64,000 nucleotides of DNA. Source: Patescibacteria group bacterium (GTDB taxonomy: Bacteria > Patescibacteriota > Minisyncoccia > Phycocordibacterales > XYD1-FULL-46-19). The number at the start of each line of letters is the position of its first letter. The first letter of the stretch is position 1. Below the pieces are notes generated by a model. That model saw only the letters and a program-made list of their open reading frames with translations, was not told the origin of the DNA and searched no databases. The stretch is taken from assembly GCA_048617235.1 (NCBI GenBank), contig JBMCHT010000002.1:63899-127898 (forward strand). The letters are read 5' to 3'. A program made the translations under genes and the position numbers. Shown in pieces: positions 21,039 to 29,236 of this stretch.

Positions 21039-22002
21039 ACCGACTAATAGCATAAAGATCATCATCAGTTTGAGCCGGTGGCTCAAATAATTCTTTTGGT
21101 AATTGACTGGTAAATAATTCTCCGGGCAAAATTGTTACTTTTTTTTCTTCCATTTGCTCCCCTTTGGCTTTTATTTTACCGGCCGCCATCAAAGTTAAAA
21201 TTTTTTCCAAATCCTCTTCAGAAAAGAAATCAATTGTTACTTTTCCTCCGGCCTCTTTCTTCTCCACTCGAACTCGGGTGCCAAATTTATCAGATAATTT
21301 TTCTTCCATTTCCAAAATTTCCGGTGGAATCATAATTTCTTTTTTTCTAACTCTTTCAGTGGCTATCCGCTTGGAAATATTTTCCGCTTCTCGAACAGTC
21401 ATTTTTTTTATCATTATCTCCTTAAATAAAGTCATTTGTTCTTCCGGTCTTTCACTTAACATTAATATTGGTCGCCCATGACCTTCAGTTATTTTACCGG
21501 TCATTATGGCATCCAATATCTCCTGGGGTAAAACCAGTAGACGAATAGTATTGGAAACATATTCTCGACTACGACCAACCTTTTTGGCTATTTCTCCATG
21601 CTTTAAATTAAATTCTTTCGCCAACTGCTGAAAAGCTTTAGCTCTATCTATGGGATTTAAATCTTCTCTTTGAAGGTTTTCAATAATAGCCATCTCCAAC
21701 TTCATCTTATCCGTTTGTTCTCCGGTTCTAATAATAGCCGGCACATGAGATAAACCGGCTATTCTAGAAGCCCGCCATCTCCTTTCTCCGGCTATTATTT
21801 CATATTCTACCATTAAGCCATCATCTCTTTCTATTTCTTGACGAGTAACTACCAAAGGTTGCAATACTCCATACTGTCTAATAGAATCTGCTAAACTATT
21901 TAAAGCTTCTTGGTTGAATTCTTTTCTAGGTTGGAAAGGATTTGGTTTTATTTTCTCCACCTCTATCCAAAAAACCGAATTATTATAAGCAGGATCATTC
22001 AT
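21028..22002 (-). CDS. parB: ParB/Spo0J partition protein
   Basis: NPFQPRKEF, GVLQP, IIAGERRWRA, IENLQREDLNPI, HTH. Confidence 0.95.
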   Translation of the reverse strand: MNDPAYNNSVFWIEVEKIKPNPFQPRKEFNQEALNSLADSIRQYGVLQPLVVTRQEIERDDGLMVEYEIIAGERRWRASRIAGLSHVPAIIRTGEQTDKMKLEMAIIENLQREDLNPIDRAKAFQQLAKEFNLKHGEIAKKVGRSREYVSNTIRLLVLPQEILDAIMTGKITEGHGRPILMLSERPEEQMTLFKEIMIKKMTVREAENISKRIATERVRKKEIMIPPEILEMEEKLSDKFGTRVRVEKKEAGGKVTIDFFSEEDLEKILTLMAAGKIKAKGEQMEEKKVTILPGELFTSQLPKELFEPPAQTDDDLYAISRFSL

Positions 22003-22121
22003 AATATTTATTATTATGAATCTATTTTAACATATTTTAATTAAGAACAAAAAACAATCGGCTAAAAACCAAATTTTGGTTCGCGTAATTTTTAATATTA
22101 ATTTCTTTTAGATTTAAATTG

Positions 22122-22203
22122 TGCCGGAGGAGGGACTTGAACCCTCACCTCTTGCGAGACACGATTTTGAGTCGTGCGCGTCTACCAATTCCGCCACTCC
22201 GGC
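22122..22203 (-). tRNA. tRNA-Leu(CAA)
   Basis: GCCGGAGTGGCGGAATTGGTAGACGCG, anticodon arm CACGA-CTCAAAA-TCGTG, long variable arm. Confidence 0.95.
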
Positions 22204-22342
22204 TATAAAAACTTATAATTAAGTATTTTTCAGTATAGAATCTTTAATAGTAAAAGTAAATAGTTTAAAATTGGTACCTATCCCTTGACAACAAGTAGTG
22301 TATTTTGGTAGTATGTATGTATAACAAGTTAATTATACCACT

Positions 22343-23146
22343 ATGAAATACACTATTAAAGATTTTAGAAAAGAGTTTCCCAATGATGATGTTTGTTTGG
22401 ACTACATCTTAAATAAGAAATATCCTGACTTAAAGGGCTATTACCGAGTAAAGGAGCGTAAATGTTATGCTAACTCTAAAGGTGGGCAAATTCACCCTGT
22501 TAAAGGCACTATTTTTGAGAAGTCTAGCACCCCTCTAACACTATGGTTTTACGCTATTTTCCTATTCTCTGTCTCTAAAAACGGAGTATCAGCTAAAGAG
22601 TTAGAGCGACAATTAGGTGTAACTTATAAATGTGCTTGGCGTATGGCTCACCAGATTAGAAAGCTAATGGATCAAGACGGTGATTTACTTATTGGTACAG
22701 TAGAAGTAGATGAGACTTATTTTGGTAAAAAAGGAAACCACGAGCAAAAGTTTAAAAACAAAACCGCTTTAATGGGTATGGTAGAGCGACAAGGTAAAGT
22801 TAGGGCTAATACTATTACCGCTCGTGAAGCTCATATCATCCTAAACCAGATTAAAGAAAATATCGGTCTAAACGCCAATATTATGTCTGATGAGTTTTCA
22901 ATTTATAAAAAGCTAAGTAAGTTAGGATATTCAAGTCAAAGAGTAAAACACGGAAAGAAAACCTATGTCCGAGGGAATGTTCACACCAATACTATTGAGG
23001 GCTTTTGGGGACAGTTAAAGCGAGGAATACGAGGGACTTATACTTTCGTATCAGCTACTCATTTACAGGCTTATGTGGACGGGTTTGCTTTTCGGTATAA
23101 TTATCGTCACGCTCCTGTTTTTGCGGAGTTGATTTCTCGTGTTTAA
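22343..23146 (+). CDS. tnp: IS1595-family (ISXO2-like) DDE transposase
   Basis: GTIFEKS, HTH GVSAKELERQLGV, VEVDETY, IMSDE, VHTNTIEGFW, FRYN. Confidence 0.93.
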   Translation: MKYTIKDFRKEFPNDDVCLDYILNKKYPDLKGYYRVKERKCYANSKGGQIHPVKGTIFEKSSTPLTLWFYAIFLFSVSKNGVSAKELERQLGVTYKCAWRMAHQIRKLMDQDGDLLIGTVEVDETYFGKKGNHEQKFKNKTALMGMVERQGKVRANTITAREAHIILNQIKENIGLNANIMSDEFSIYKKLSKLGYSSQRVKHGKKTYVRGNVHTNTIEGFWGQLKRGIRGTYTFVSATHLQAYVDGFAFRYNYRHAPVFAELISRV

Positions 23147-23203
23147 TTGCTTTGTCTAAAAGTTTTTTAAACTTTGATTTTTGGTTGTTAGACTTATTAT
23201 TCA

Positions 23204-23422
23204 TTATATTTTTTCTAAGCCATCCTGAGAATAGGATTCTATATTACCATCAACATCACGAACGATTACAGCTATAGACTTAAAATCTTCACCGACATAT
23301 TGTGTTTCTCCTATATCCTCAACTATTTTTATCTCTGTTCTACTAATAAGAGAAAAAAGTAGTTTTTTCAAAAGCCCTCTTTTAGGACGTACTATTTCTC
23401 CTTTTTTAAATTTTTTTTCCAT
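23204..23422 (-). CDS. Small hypothetical IS passenger protein
   Basis: 72-aa ORF inside the IS, co-oriented with the other passengers. Confidence 0.55.
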   Translation of the reverse strand: MEKKFKKGEIVRPKRGLLKKLLFSLISRTEIKIVEDIGETQYVGEDFKSIAVIVRDVDGNIESYSQDGLEKI

Positions 23423-23442
23423 AATATTTAAATATAAACTAA

Positions 23443-23643
23443 TTACTTATTTTCAATTGCTCCAGTTATTAGACCCGCAATTACAGAAATTATAATTACA
23501 AAAACCCAACTAAAGGTTACGGCATCAATTACAAAAGTAATTGCCCATAAAATAAGAGCAATTAAGGGTATCCAAAATATAAGAGAAAATAAAGCGGATA
23601 TAAACATAATTATATATTTATTTTCTACTATTCCTCCAGCCAA
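23443..23643 (-). CDS. Small two-TM IS passenger protein
   Basis: Almost entirely hydrophobic 66-aa ORF; start uncertain. Confidence 0.55.
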   Translation of the reverse strand: MAGGIVENKYIIMFISALFSLIFWIPLIALILWAITFVIDAVTFSWVFVIIISVIAGLITGAIENK

Positions 23644-23815
23644 TAGTATAGAAAATTAGTAAAAACGGAAAAAATAACACAGCAAGAATGGACAGTAAAG
23701 CTAAGCCCGATGATTCTTGTTCAAGTGCCATAAAAAACGGAATTGTAGATACCAAGGTAGCCAAAACACCAAATACCCATAAAACTATAAGTTGTCCTTT
23801 TGAAATTTTATACAT
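23618..23815 (-). CDS. Small two-TM IS passenger protein
   Basis: Two hydrophobic segments, ends IGWRNSRK. Confidence 0.6.
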   Translation of the reverse strand: MYKISKGQLIVLWVFGVLATLVSTIPFFMALEQESSGLALLSILAVLFFPFLLIFYTIGWRNSRK

Positions 23816-23837
23816 TATTTAAATCTTAACACTTTTA

Positions 23838-24353
23838 TTAACCAATTTCTATTCCTACTACTTTTAGTAAAAATAACCAAATAGCACCACTAGTTAATAC
23901 TGCAGTAATTATTGTAACGACCATATGGGTAAGTGAGGGAAAAACACCTGCTATATACTTCCACCAAAAGTATACAGGACTTAAGATTTCCTCACCTTTG
24001 TCGTAAGATACTTGTATTTTTCTTTGACTAGTATTTATATGATCTATATTTGATTCACAAAAATCTTCATTTTTATCAGCTAAAATAAAGTTATCTTCTA
24101 TGCAAGACTGAAGTACTCTTTTATAATCAGTTATAAAATCAATATCATCTTGATTTCTTTTATATCTTTGAAGTAAATAATTTAATAACTCATTTTCAAA
24201 TATGTAATGATCCCCTTCATTTATCATTATATAAACTTCTTTAAAAGTAGAATTACTGCTTTGTCTCATATGTTCGCTACTATTTTTCATTGACTCCTTA
24301 GAGACGCAATCTAAATCTTTTACAAGTTTTCTTTGTTTAAATAAGTTGGCCAT
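23838..24353 (-). CDS. IS passenger protein with C-terminal TM helix
   Basis: 171-aa ORF starting 7 nt after a -10 element in the right inverted repeat. Confidence 0.6.
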   Translation of the reverse strand: MANLFKQRKLVKDLDCVSKESMKNSSEHMRQSSNSTFKEVYIMINEGDHYIFENELLNYLLQRYKRNQDDIDFITDYKRVLQSCIEDNFILADKNEDFCESNIDHINTSQRKIQVSYDKGEEILSPVYFWWKYIAGVFPSLTHMVVTIITAVLTSGAIWLFLLKVVGIEIG

Positions 24354-24404
24354 TCTCTTTATCCTACCAAATATCCCCTTACTTGTCGAGAGGGTATAAG
24401 TACC

Positions 24405-25190
24405 TTAAAATTGGTCTCTTTTTTCCTCACCAACATTTTTTACAAAATTTTCATTATACCAAGATAAAACATCATCTGAAGCTTGATTTAAAAAAGACCT
24501 AACTTCAGTTTGAACTGAAACATCAATTAAATTTTTATGAGAAAACAAATCTTGTGGTTTTTTTTCAAGACCTAAAACCTTACGAATTCGACTATTATAA
24601 ATATCCGGATCGCCTCCTAATCCATAAAAAATGTTTCCCCCAAAAACATTCTCTAATAATTTATCATCTGAAGAGGTAATTAAACTAACAGCAACAATAT
24701 CAAAAGAAATGCCTAAGGACTGCAAAGCTTGAGTTAAAGGCAATAAAGAACTACCCGTAGCTATTGTATCTGTAATTATTAATACCCGCCCATCATCACC
24801 TAAAACATAATCATCTTTTTTCTGCCTTAAAAAATCTTCAATTTCAATTTTCTTTATTTCTCCCCTTCTTTGTTTTTTAATATTTGTTATACCTAAACCA
24901 TCAGGCATTATTAAACCTCCTGAACCAGCTATAAAATGAGTTACCGGATCTTGATAACCTTGACGATTATAAATATCTTTTATAATTCGACGCAAAAACA
25001 TAGTTGGCAACCTACCGGAGATATCATCTCCTATCAACATTTTATATTGTCCTTTTTCTAGCCGTTCTCTAAATTTAGGCTTCTGTAGAATATTTTTAAA
25101 AGAGATGACCATTTCTTTGGCCACGCATTTCAAGGTTTCTTTTTTATTAGCAGATAAAGGTTTATTATCTAAATAAGAAAATTCTTTCAT
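24405..25190 (-). CDS. Phosphoribosyltransferase-like hypothetical protein
   Basis: PRPP-loop-like VLIITDTIATGSSL; LIGDDISGR; stop codon lies in the IS target duplication. Confidence 0.55.
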   Translation of the reverse strand: MKEFSYLDNKPLSANKKETLKCVAKEMVISFKNILQKPKFRERLEKGQYKMLIGDDISGRLPTMFLRRIIKDIYNRQGYQDPVTHFIAGSGGLIMPDGLGITNIKKQRRGEIKKIEIEDFLRQKKDDYVLGDDGRVLIITDTIATGSSLLPLTQALQSLGISFDIVAVSLITSSDDKLLENVFGGNIFYGLGGDPDIYNSRIRKVLGLEKKPQDLFSHKNLIDVSVQTEVRSFLNQASDDVLSWYNENFVKNVGEEKRDQF

Positions 25191-25251
25191 ATATGGTTAA
25201 TAATTTTATAATCTTATTTACTCTTTGTAAACCTTAAGTTAAAATTAAAAA

Positions 25252-26160
25252 ATGAAAGAAGAGATAAACAACAAAAAACCAATCTTGGTTATAGTCGGAT
25301 CCACATCTACCGGTAAAAGCCAATTGGCAGTAGATTTGGCTTTAAAATTAAATGGGGAAGTAATTTCCGCCGATTCTCGACAAGTTTATAAAGGATTAGA
25401 TTTAGGAACCGGCAAGATTACTCCAACCGAACAACAAGGCATACCCCATCATTTGTTGAATGTAGTCAAACCGGCAGAAACTTTCAGTGCTCACCACTTT
25501 CGTCAATTAGCCGAAATAATACTTATGGATATCTGGCACAGAGAACGCCAACCTTTGGTAGCCGGAGGCACCGGTTGGTACATTAAGAATTTAATAGATA
25601 GACCGAATCTACCAACCGTCCCCCCTAATCCTCAACTAAGATCCGAATTGGAACTTTTATCTACCATTGATCTTTATTCCAAATTGGTCAGTTTAGATAA
25701 AACCAGAGCCGATAATATAGATAAAAATAACAAACCTCGTTTAATCAGGGCTATAGAAATAGCTATGGCTTTAGGCCAATCTCCTACTCTCAAAGATTTA
25801 TCAGGGGCACCTTATCCGGCTATTTATCTGGGCTTGGATTTACCTGATAAAATTCTAAAAGAAAAAATTAACAAACGCCTAGCAGACCGCTTAGACGCCG
25901 GCTTAATTGAAGAAGTACGCTCCTTAAAAAAACAAGGCTTACCGGAGAAAAGACTTTATGATTTAGGTTTGGAATATCGTTATATTAACTGGCATTTAAC
26001 CGGCGAAATGGATTTATTAAATATGATTAAAAAACTCCAAATGGCTATTTGGCACTATGCCAAAAGACAAAGAACTTGGTTCAAAAAACAACCAAATATT
26101 CACTGGTTAGATTCCAATAAAGATTACACGGAACAAAGTTTGGAAATTATTGAAAATTAA
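25252..26160 (+). CDS. miaA: tRNA dimethylallyltransferase
   Basis: GSTSTGKS, ISADSRQVYKGLDLGTGK, PHHL, GGTGWY, YAKRQRTWF. Confidence 0.95.
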   Translation: MKEEINNKKPILVIVGSTSTGKSQLAVDLALKLNGEVISADSRQVYKGLDLGTGKITPTEQQGIPHHLLNVVKPAETFSAHHFRQLAEIILMDIWHRERQPLVAGGTGWYIKNLIDRPNLPTVPPNPQLRSELELLSTIDLYSKLVSLDKTRADNIDKNNKPRLIRAIEIAMALGQSPTLKDLSGAPYPAIYLGLDLPDKILKEKINKRLADRLDAGLIEEVRSLKKQGLPEKRLYDLGLEYRYINWHLTGEMDLLNMIKKLQMAIWHYAKRQRTWFKKQPNIHWLDSNKDYTEQSLEIIEN

Positions 26161-26492
26161 TTATCAATCTCTTTTATTTGTTTTTTTATTTCCTCCACCT
26201 TCTCATCATCTATTTTTTCTAGTTTCTCTTTAATTAATTTTTCTGCCACTTCTTGTTGTTGAACTGCCAACTTTTCCCAATCTTTTTCTTGTTCTGCCTC
26301 AAATTCATCAAAATCTTTCATCATATCATTTAACATCATCCTTTCATTTTCTAAAGACGAAATAATTTGATCTATCGCCACCTCAGACATTTCTTCTAGT
26401 TTTTCCAAAATTAAATTTTTAATGTCGTCTTTAATAGGAGAAAAAGCTAACAATTCACCTAAATAAATTGCCTTGGATTTTGTTAATGCCAT
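26157..26492 (-). CDS. Hypothetical acidic helical protein
   Basis: 111-aa ORF, coiled-coil-like composition. Confidence 0.6.
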   Translation of the reverse strand: MALTKSKAIYLGELLAFSPIKDDIKNLILEKLEEMSEVAIDQIISSLENERMMLNDMMKDFDEFEAEQEKDWEKLAVQQQEVAEKLIKEKLEKIDDEKVEEIKKQIKEIDN

Positions 26493-26512
26493 AATGTTTT
26501 ATTTTTAATTAC

Positions 26513-28009
26513 TTATTTTGACCACCAAGAATTTACACCGGAATCTCGACCGGTTATCTTTGCTGTAACCGAAGCCAAGGAATCTCCAATTCCACCGGCC
26601 ACATATCTTTTATACCACTGTGGATCCAAATTTTTTCTAATTAGAGAATTGAATTTTAATAAACTAATATCCATCTTGGTTGCTCGCATAACTCTCAAAT
26701 AGATTTTTATATCCTGTCTCAATTGATCTAATTTACCTTCCGCTAAAATATTTTCTCCTTGATAATTCTTAGCCGACAAATCTTTATATTCACGAGTTAA
26801 TCTTGCTTTTAATTTACCAATCACGGCTTCAGTTATTTGATCTTCTATTTCACTATTTTGCTTTTCTCTCTCTTTAAATATTTCGGTTTTAATATTTTCT
26901 TTAAAAGAATCAATTTCTTCCTCGGTTAAATCGTCCGGGGTTTTTTCTCTTTCTACACCCTTATCTTCATCATAAATTTTTTCTTTTTCTTCTTCGGGTT
27001 TTTCTTCAGAAAATAATTCTTTAATCATTTCATTTAGCTTGGCATCTACTTCATCGTCTGTTATTTCCCTTTGCTCATCTATAAATAAACTAACTCTTTC
27101 TTTTATTAATTTATCAGCTTCATTGGTTACTTGACGAAATCTTTCAGCTTGGCGAATATTTATTTTATTTAAAGAAAAATAACTTTTAATTTGATTAAAA
27201 CGCCTTTTTAAAGCTTTAGGTTGCAAATTCTCCATTTTTTCTTTTGTCTTTTTAACTAAATCAGCAAAAACGGACTTTTCCATAACCTCATTATCTTCAG
27301 CCGATTCTGATGATTCTTTCTTATCTGCCATTTCTTCTTCTGTATCAGCTACTATTTCTTTTTCCGCCACAAATAATTCCCAAACCTTATTTCTAATACC
27401 ATAGGTTCTGGTGATGGTGTTATTTTGAAAAAGTCCATCCCTTATTTTTTCAGCCGATCTTACATTCTCTATTAAAGTAATAAGATTTGTTGCTGAATAG
27501 ACCCCTGTTGTTCCTTTAATTTTTCCTATTTCTCTTAAAACATCATATAATTCTTCAAAACTTTTAGTTTGGTTTATTTTTTCTGCATTCTCAACCTCAA
27601 TTTGATTTTCTTTTTCTAAATCTTCGGTTGTTTTTGGTTCTGCCGGTTTAAACTCTTCTTCTTTAGATTTAAAATAGGAGATACCTTTTCCTTCTAAAAG
27701 ATCTTTTTTTCTTTCCCACTCCCTGATTTCTTCTTCCAACCGAAGTACATTTTGTTCCTGAAGTGAAGAGCCGGTCTCCCCCATTAATTTATAAGGCGGA
27801 TTATGTTTACCGGATTCCCAATCTTGTAATTCTTGCCTTAAATTATTTATTTTACCTTTTATTTCATCTAAAGATTCAGAAGGGAAATTCTCCGGTGCCA
27901 TTTCTTTTATAACCTCGCCCGCTTTATTGGGATCATAACCATGATTTATTTCTTCTTGATCTTCATCTTCTTGATTATATAAAAAAGAATTTTCAGTATT
28001 AATTTTCAT
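26513..28009 (-). CDS. Hypothetical Glu/Lys-rich coiled-coil protein
   Basis: 498-aa ORF with an internal globular-looking segment SFEELYDVLREIGKIKG..ITRTYGIRNKV. Confidence 0.7.
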   Translation of the reverse strand: MKINTENSFLYNQEDEDQEEINHGYDPNKAGEVIKEMAPENFPSESLDEIKGKINNLRQELQDWESGKHNPPYKLMGETGSSLQEQNVLRLEEEIREWERKKDLLEGKGISYFKSKEEEFKPAEPKTTEDLEKENQIEVENAEKINQTKSFEELYDVLREIGKIKGTTGVYSATNLITLIENVRSAEKIRDGLFQNNTITRTYGIRNKVWELFVAEKEIVADTEEEMADKKESSESAEDNEVMEKSVFADLVKKTKEKMENLQPKALKRRFNQIKSYFSLNKINIRQAERFRQVTNEADKLIKERVSLFIDEQREITDDEVDAKLNEMIKELFSEEKPEEEKEKIYDEDKGVEREKTPDDLTEEEIDSFKENIKTEIFKEREKQNSEIEDQITEAVIGKLKARLTREYKDLSAKNYQGENILAEGKLDQLRQDIKIYLRVMRATKMDISLLKFNSLIRKNLDPQWYKRYVAGGIGDSLASVTAKITGRDSGVNSWWSK

Positions 28010-28056
28010 AAATATTAGTAATTATACTATATCACATAATAAAGAATCGAAACAGG

Positions 28057-28128
28057 CGGGTCCACGAGGATTCGAACCTCGATCGTCGGTTTTGGAGACC
28101 GAAATTCTAGCCATTGAACTATGGACCC
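28057..28128 (-). tRNA. tRNA-Trp(CCA)
   Basis: GGGTCCA/TGGACCC acceptor, TCGGT-CTCCAAA-ACCGA, GTTCGAATC. Confidence 0.95.
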
Positions 28129-28154
28129 AAAGACTTCTGTATTCTATCACGGTT

Positions 28155-28193
28155 AAAAAATAAAAAGCAAACCCGCCTTTGGTGAAGGCGGGT
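28155..28193 (-). terminator. Intrinsic terminator after the RRM gene
   Basis: 9-bp stem ACCCGCCTT/AAGGCGGGT followed by a T-rich run on the minus strand. Confidence 0.75.
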
Positions 28194-28217
28194 AGCTTAA
28201 TAAAATAAGGATTAAAC

Positions 28218-28472
28218 TTATCGATTTTCTCGAGGACGAGCTTCGTTGACTACCAAGGTTCTACCACCGAAATCTTTATCATTCCACATTTCGATAGCTT
28301 TGTTGGCTTCATCGGAATTTTCAAATTCCACAAAACCAAAACCTTTAGATCGTCCCGTTTCCCTATCCTTGATGATAATAGCAGAAGCTACAGTACCGGC
28401 TTTAGCAAAAGCCTCTTCTAATTCTCCTTCAGAAGTACTGTAAGGCAATCCGCCTACAAATAATTTAGTCAT
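28218..28472 (-). CDS. RRM-domain RNA-binding protein
   Basis: RNP2 KLFVGGL, RNP1 KGFGFVEF, VNEARPRE. Confidence 0.93.
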   Translation of the reverse strand: MTKLFVGGLPYSTSEGELEEAFAKAGTVASAIIIKDRETGRSKGFGFVEFENSDEANKAIEMWNDKDFGGRTLVVNEARPRENR

Positions 28473-28604
28473 CAATAGATATTGTTTACTTTGTTAAAAC
28501 ACGTCAAGCGACCAGGTTTCCGGCCTTAGTCATCTGAAGCATCATAAACAAAAAAGAAAACGAGCTTTGGAAACTAAGCACAAAAACACTTTTAACGTGT
28601 CAAT

Positions 28605-28633
28605 ACTATAGCAGTAAATAAAAATAAAAGCAA
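28605..28633 (-). promoter_or_regulatory. Sigma70 promoter of the RRM gene
   Basis: TTGCTT-17-TATAGT with TG extension. Confidence 0.6.
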
Positions 28634-28636
28634 TGT

Positions 28637-28795
28637 TTATTTCTTCATCTCTTTATGAGGCTCAGACTGACGACACCATTTGCAGTATTTTTTCAATTCA
28701 ATCTTTCTTTCCACTTTTTTGCGGTTTTTACGAGTCCAATAATTTATACGCTTACATTTCTGACAAGCTAGTTTTATTAGATGATCTTGCGACAT
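28637..28795 (-). CDS. rpmG: 50S ribosomal protein L33 (Zn-binding type)
   Basis: Manual translation MSQDHLIKLACQKCKRINYWTRKNRKKVERKIELKKYCKWCRQSEPHKEMKK; below the ORF-track size cutoff. Confidence 0.93.
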   Translation of the reverse strand: MSQDHLIKLACQKCKRINYWTRKNRKKVERKIELKKYCKWCRQSEPHKEMKK

Positions 28796-28891
28796 AATAT
28801 ATTATAATTTAATCTTCAATAACCTTGTTACTATAACAGATTTTATAAAAAAAGCCAGGGCTTCTTTAAACCTATCTTCACCTCGTTTGGG

Positions 28892-28973
28892 TGGGCGAGA
28901 GAGGACTCGAACCTCCACGGATTACTCCACTAGTTCCTAAAACTAGCGCGTCTACCAATTCCGCCACTCGCCC
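28892..28973 (-). tRNA. tRNA-Leu(TAG)
   Basis: GGGCGAGTGGCGGAATTGGTAGACGCG, CTAGT-TTTAGGA-ACTAG. Confidence 0.95.
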
Positions 28974-29112
28974 ATTTTTAGAATTTTATTCTAATACGAT
29001 TTAAATAATAAAACAACAAAAAAATCTCACTAAACCTCAGCCAGCTATTTTGGGTAAGTAGCTCCGACCACCAAAGCACAATTATTCTTTTGTCTGACTG
29101 AGATAAAATAGG

Positions 29113-29196
29113 TGCGCCGGGCAGGATTTGAACCTGCGTAGCCCTAAGGGCGATGGATTTACAGTCCATTGCAATTGACCACTCTGCCACCGACGC
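29113..29196 (-). tRNA. tRNA-Tyr(GTA)
   Basis: ATGGA-CTGTAAA-TCCAT, long variable arm, GTTCAAATC. Confidence 0.95.
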
Positions 29197-29236
29197 TACG
29201 GCTGAATTGTGCCACAAAACAAAACTGATTGCAAAA

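Larger units (their letters stand above)
22273..24404. mobile_element. IS1595-family element with four passenger genes (2132 bp)
   Basis: Imperfect ~40-bp terminal inverted repeats (GGTACCTATCCC..ACAAGTA..TTTGGTAG versus GGTACTTATACCC..ACAAGTA..TTTGGTAG); 8-bp target duplication TTAAAATT at 22265-22272 and 24405-24412. Confidence 0.9.

Noticed and set aside
21028-22260. Replication origin or parS site near parB
   Set aside because: No dnaA, DnaA-box cluster or parS palindrome recognised
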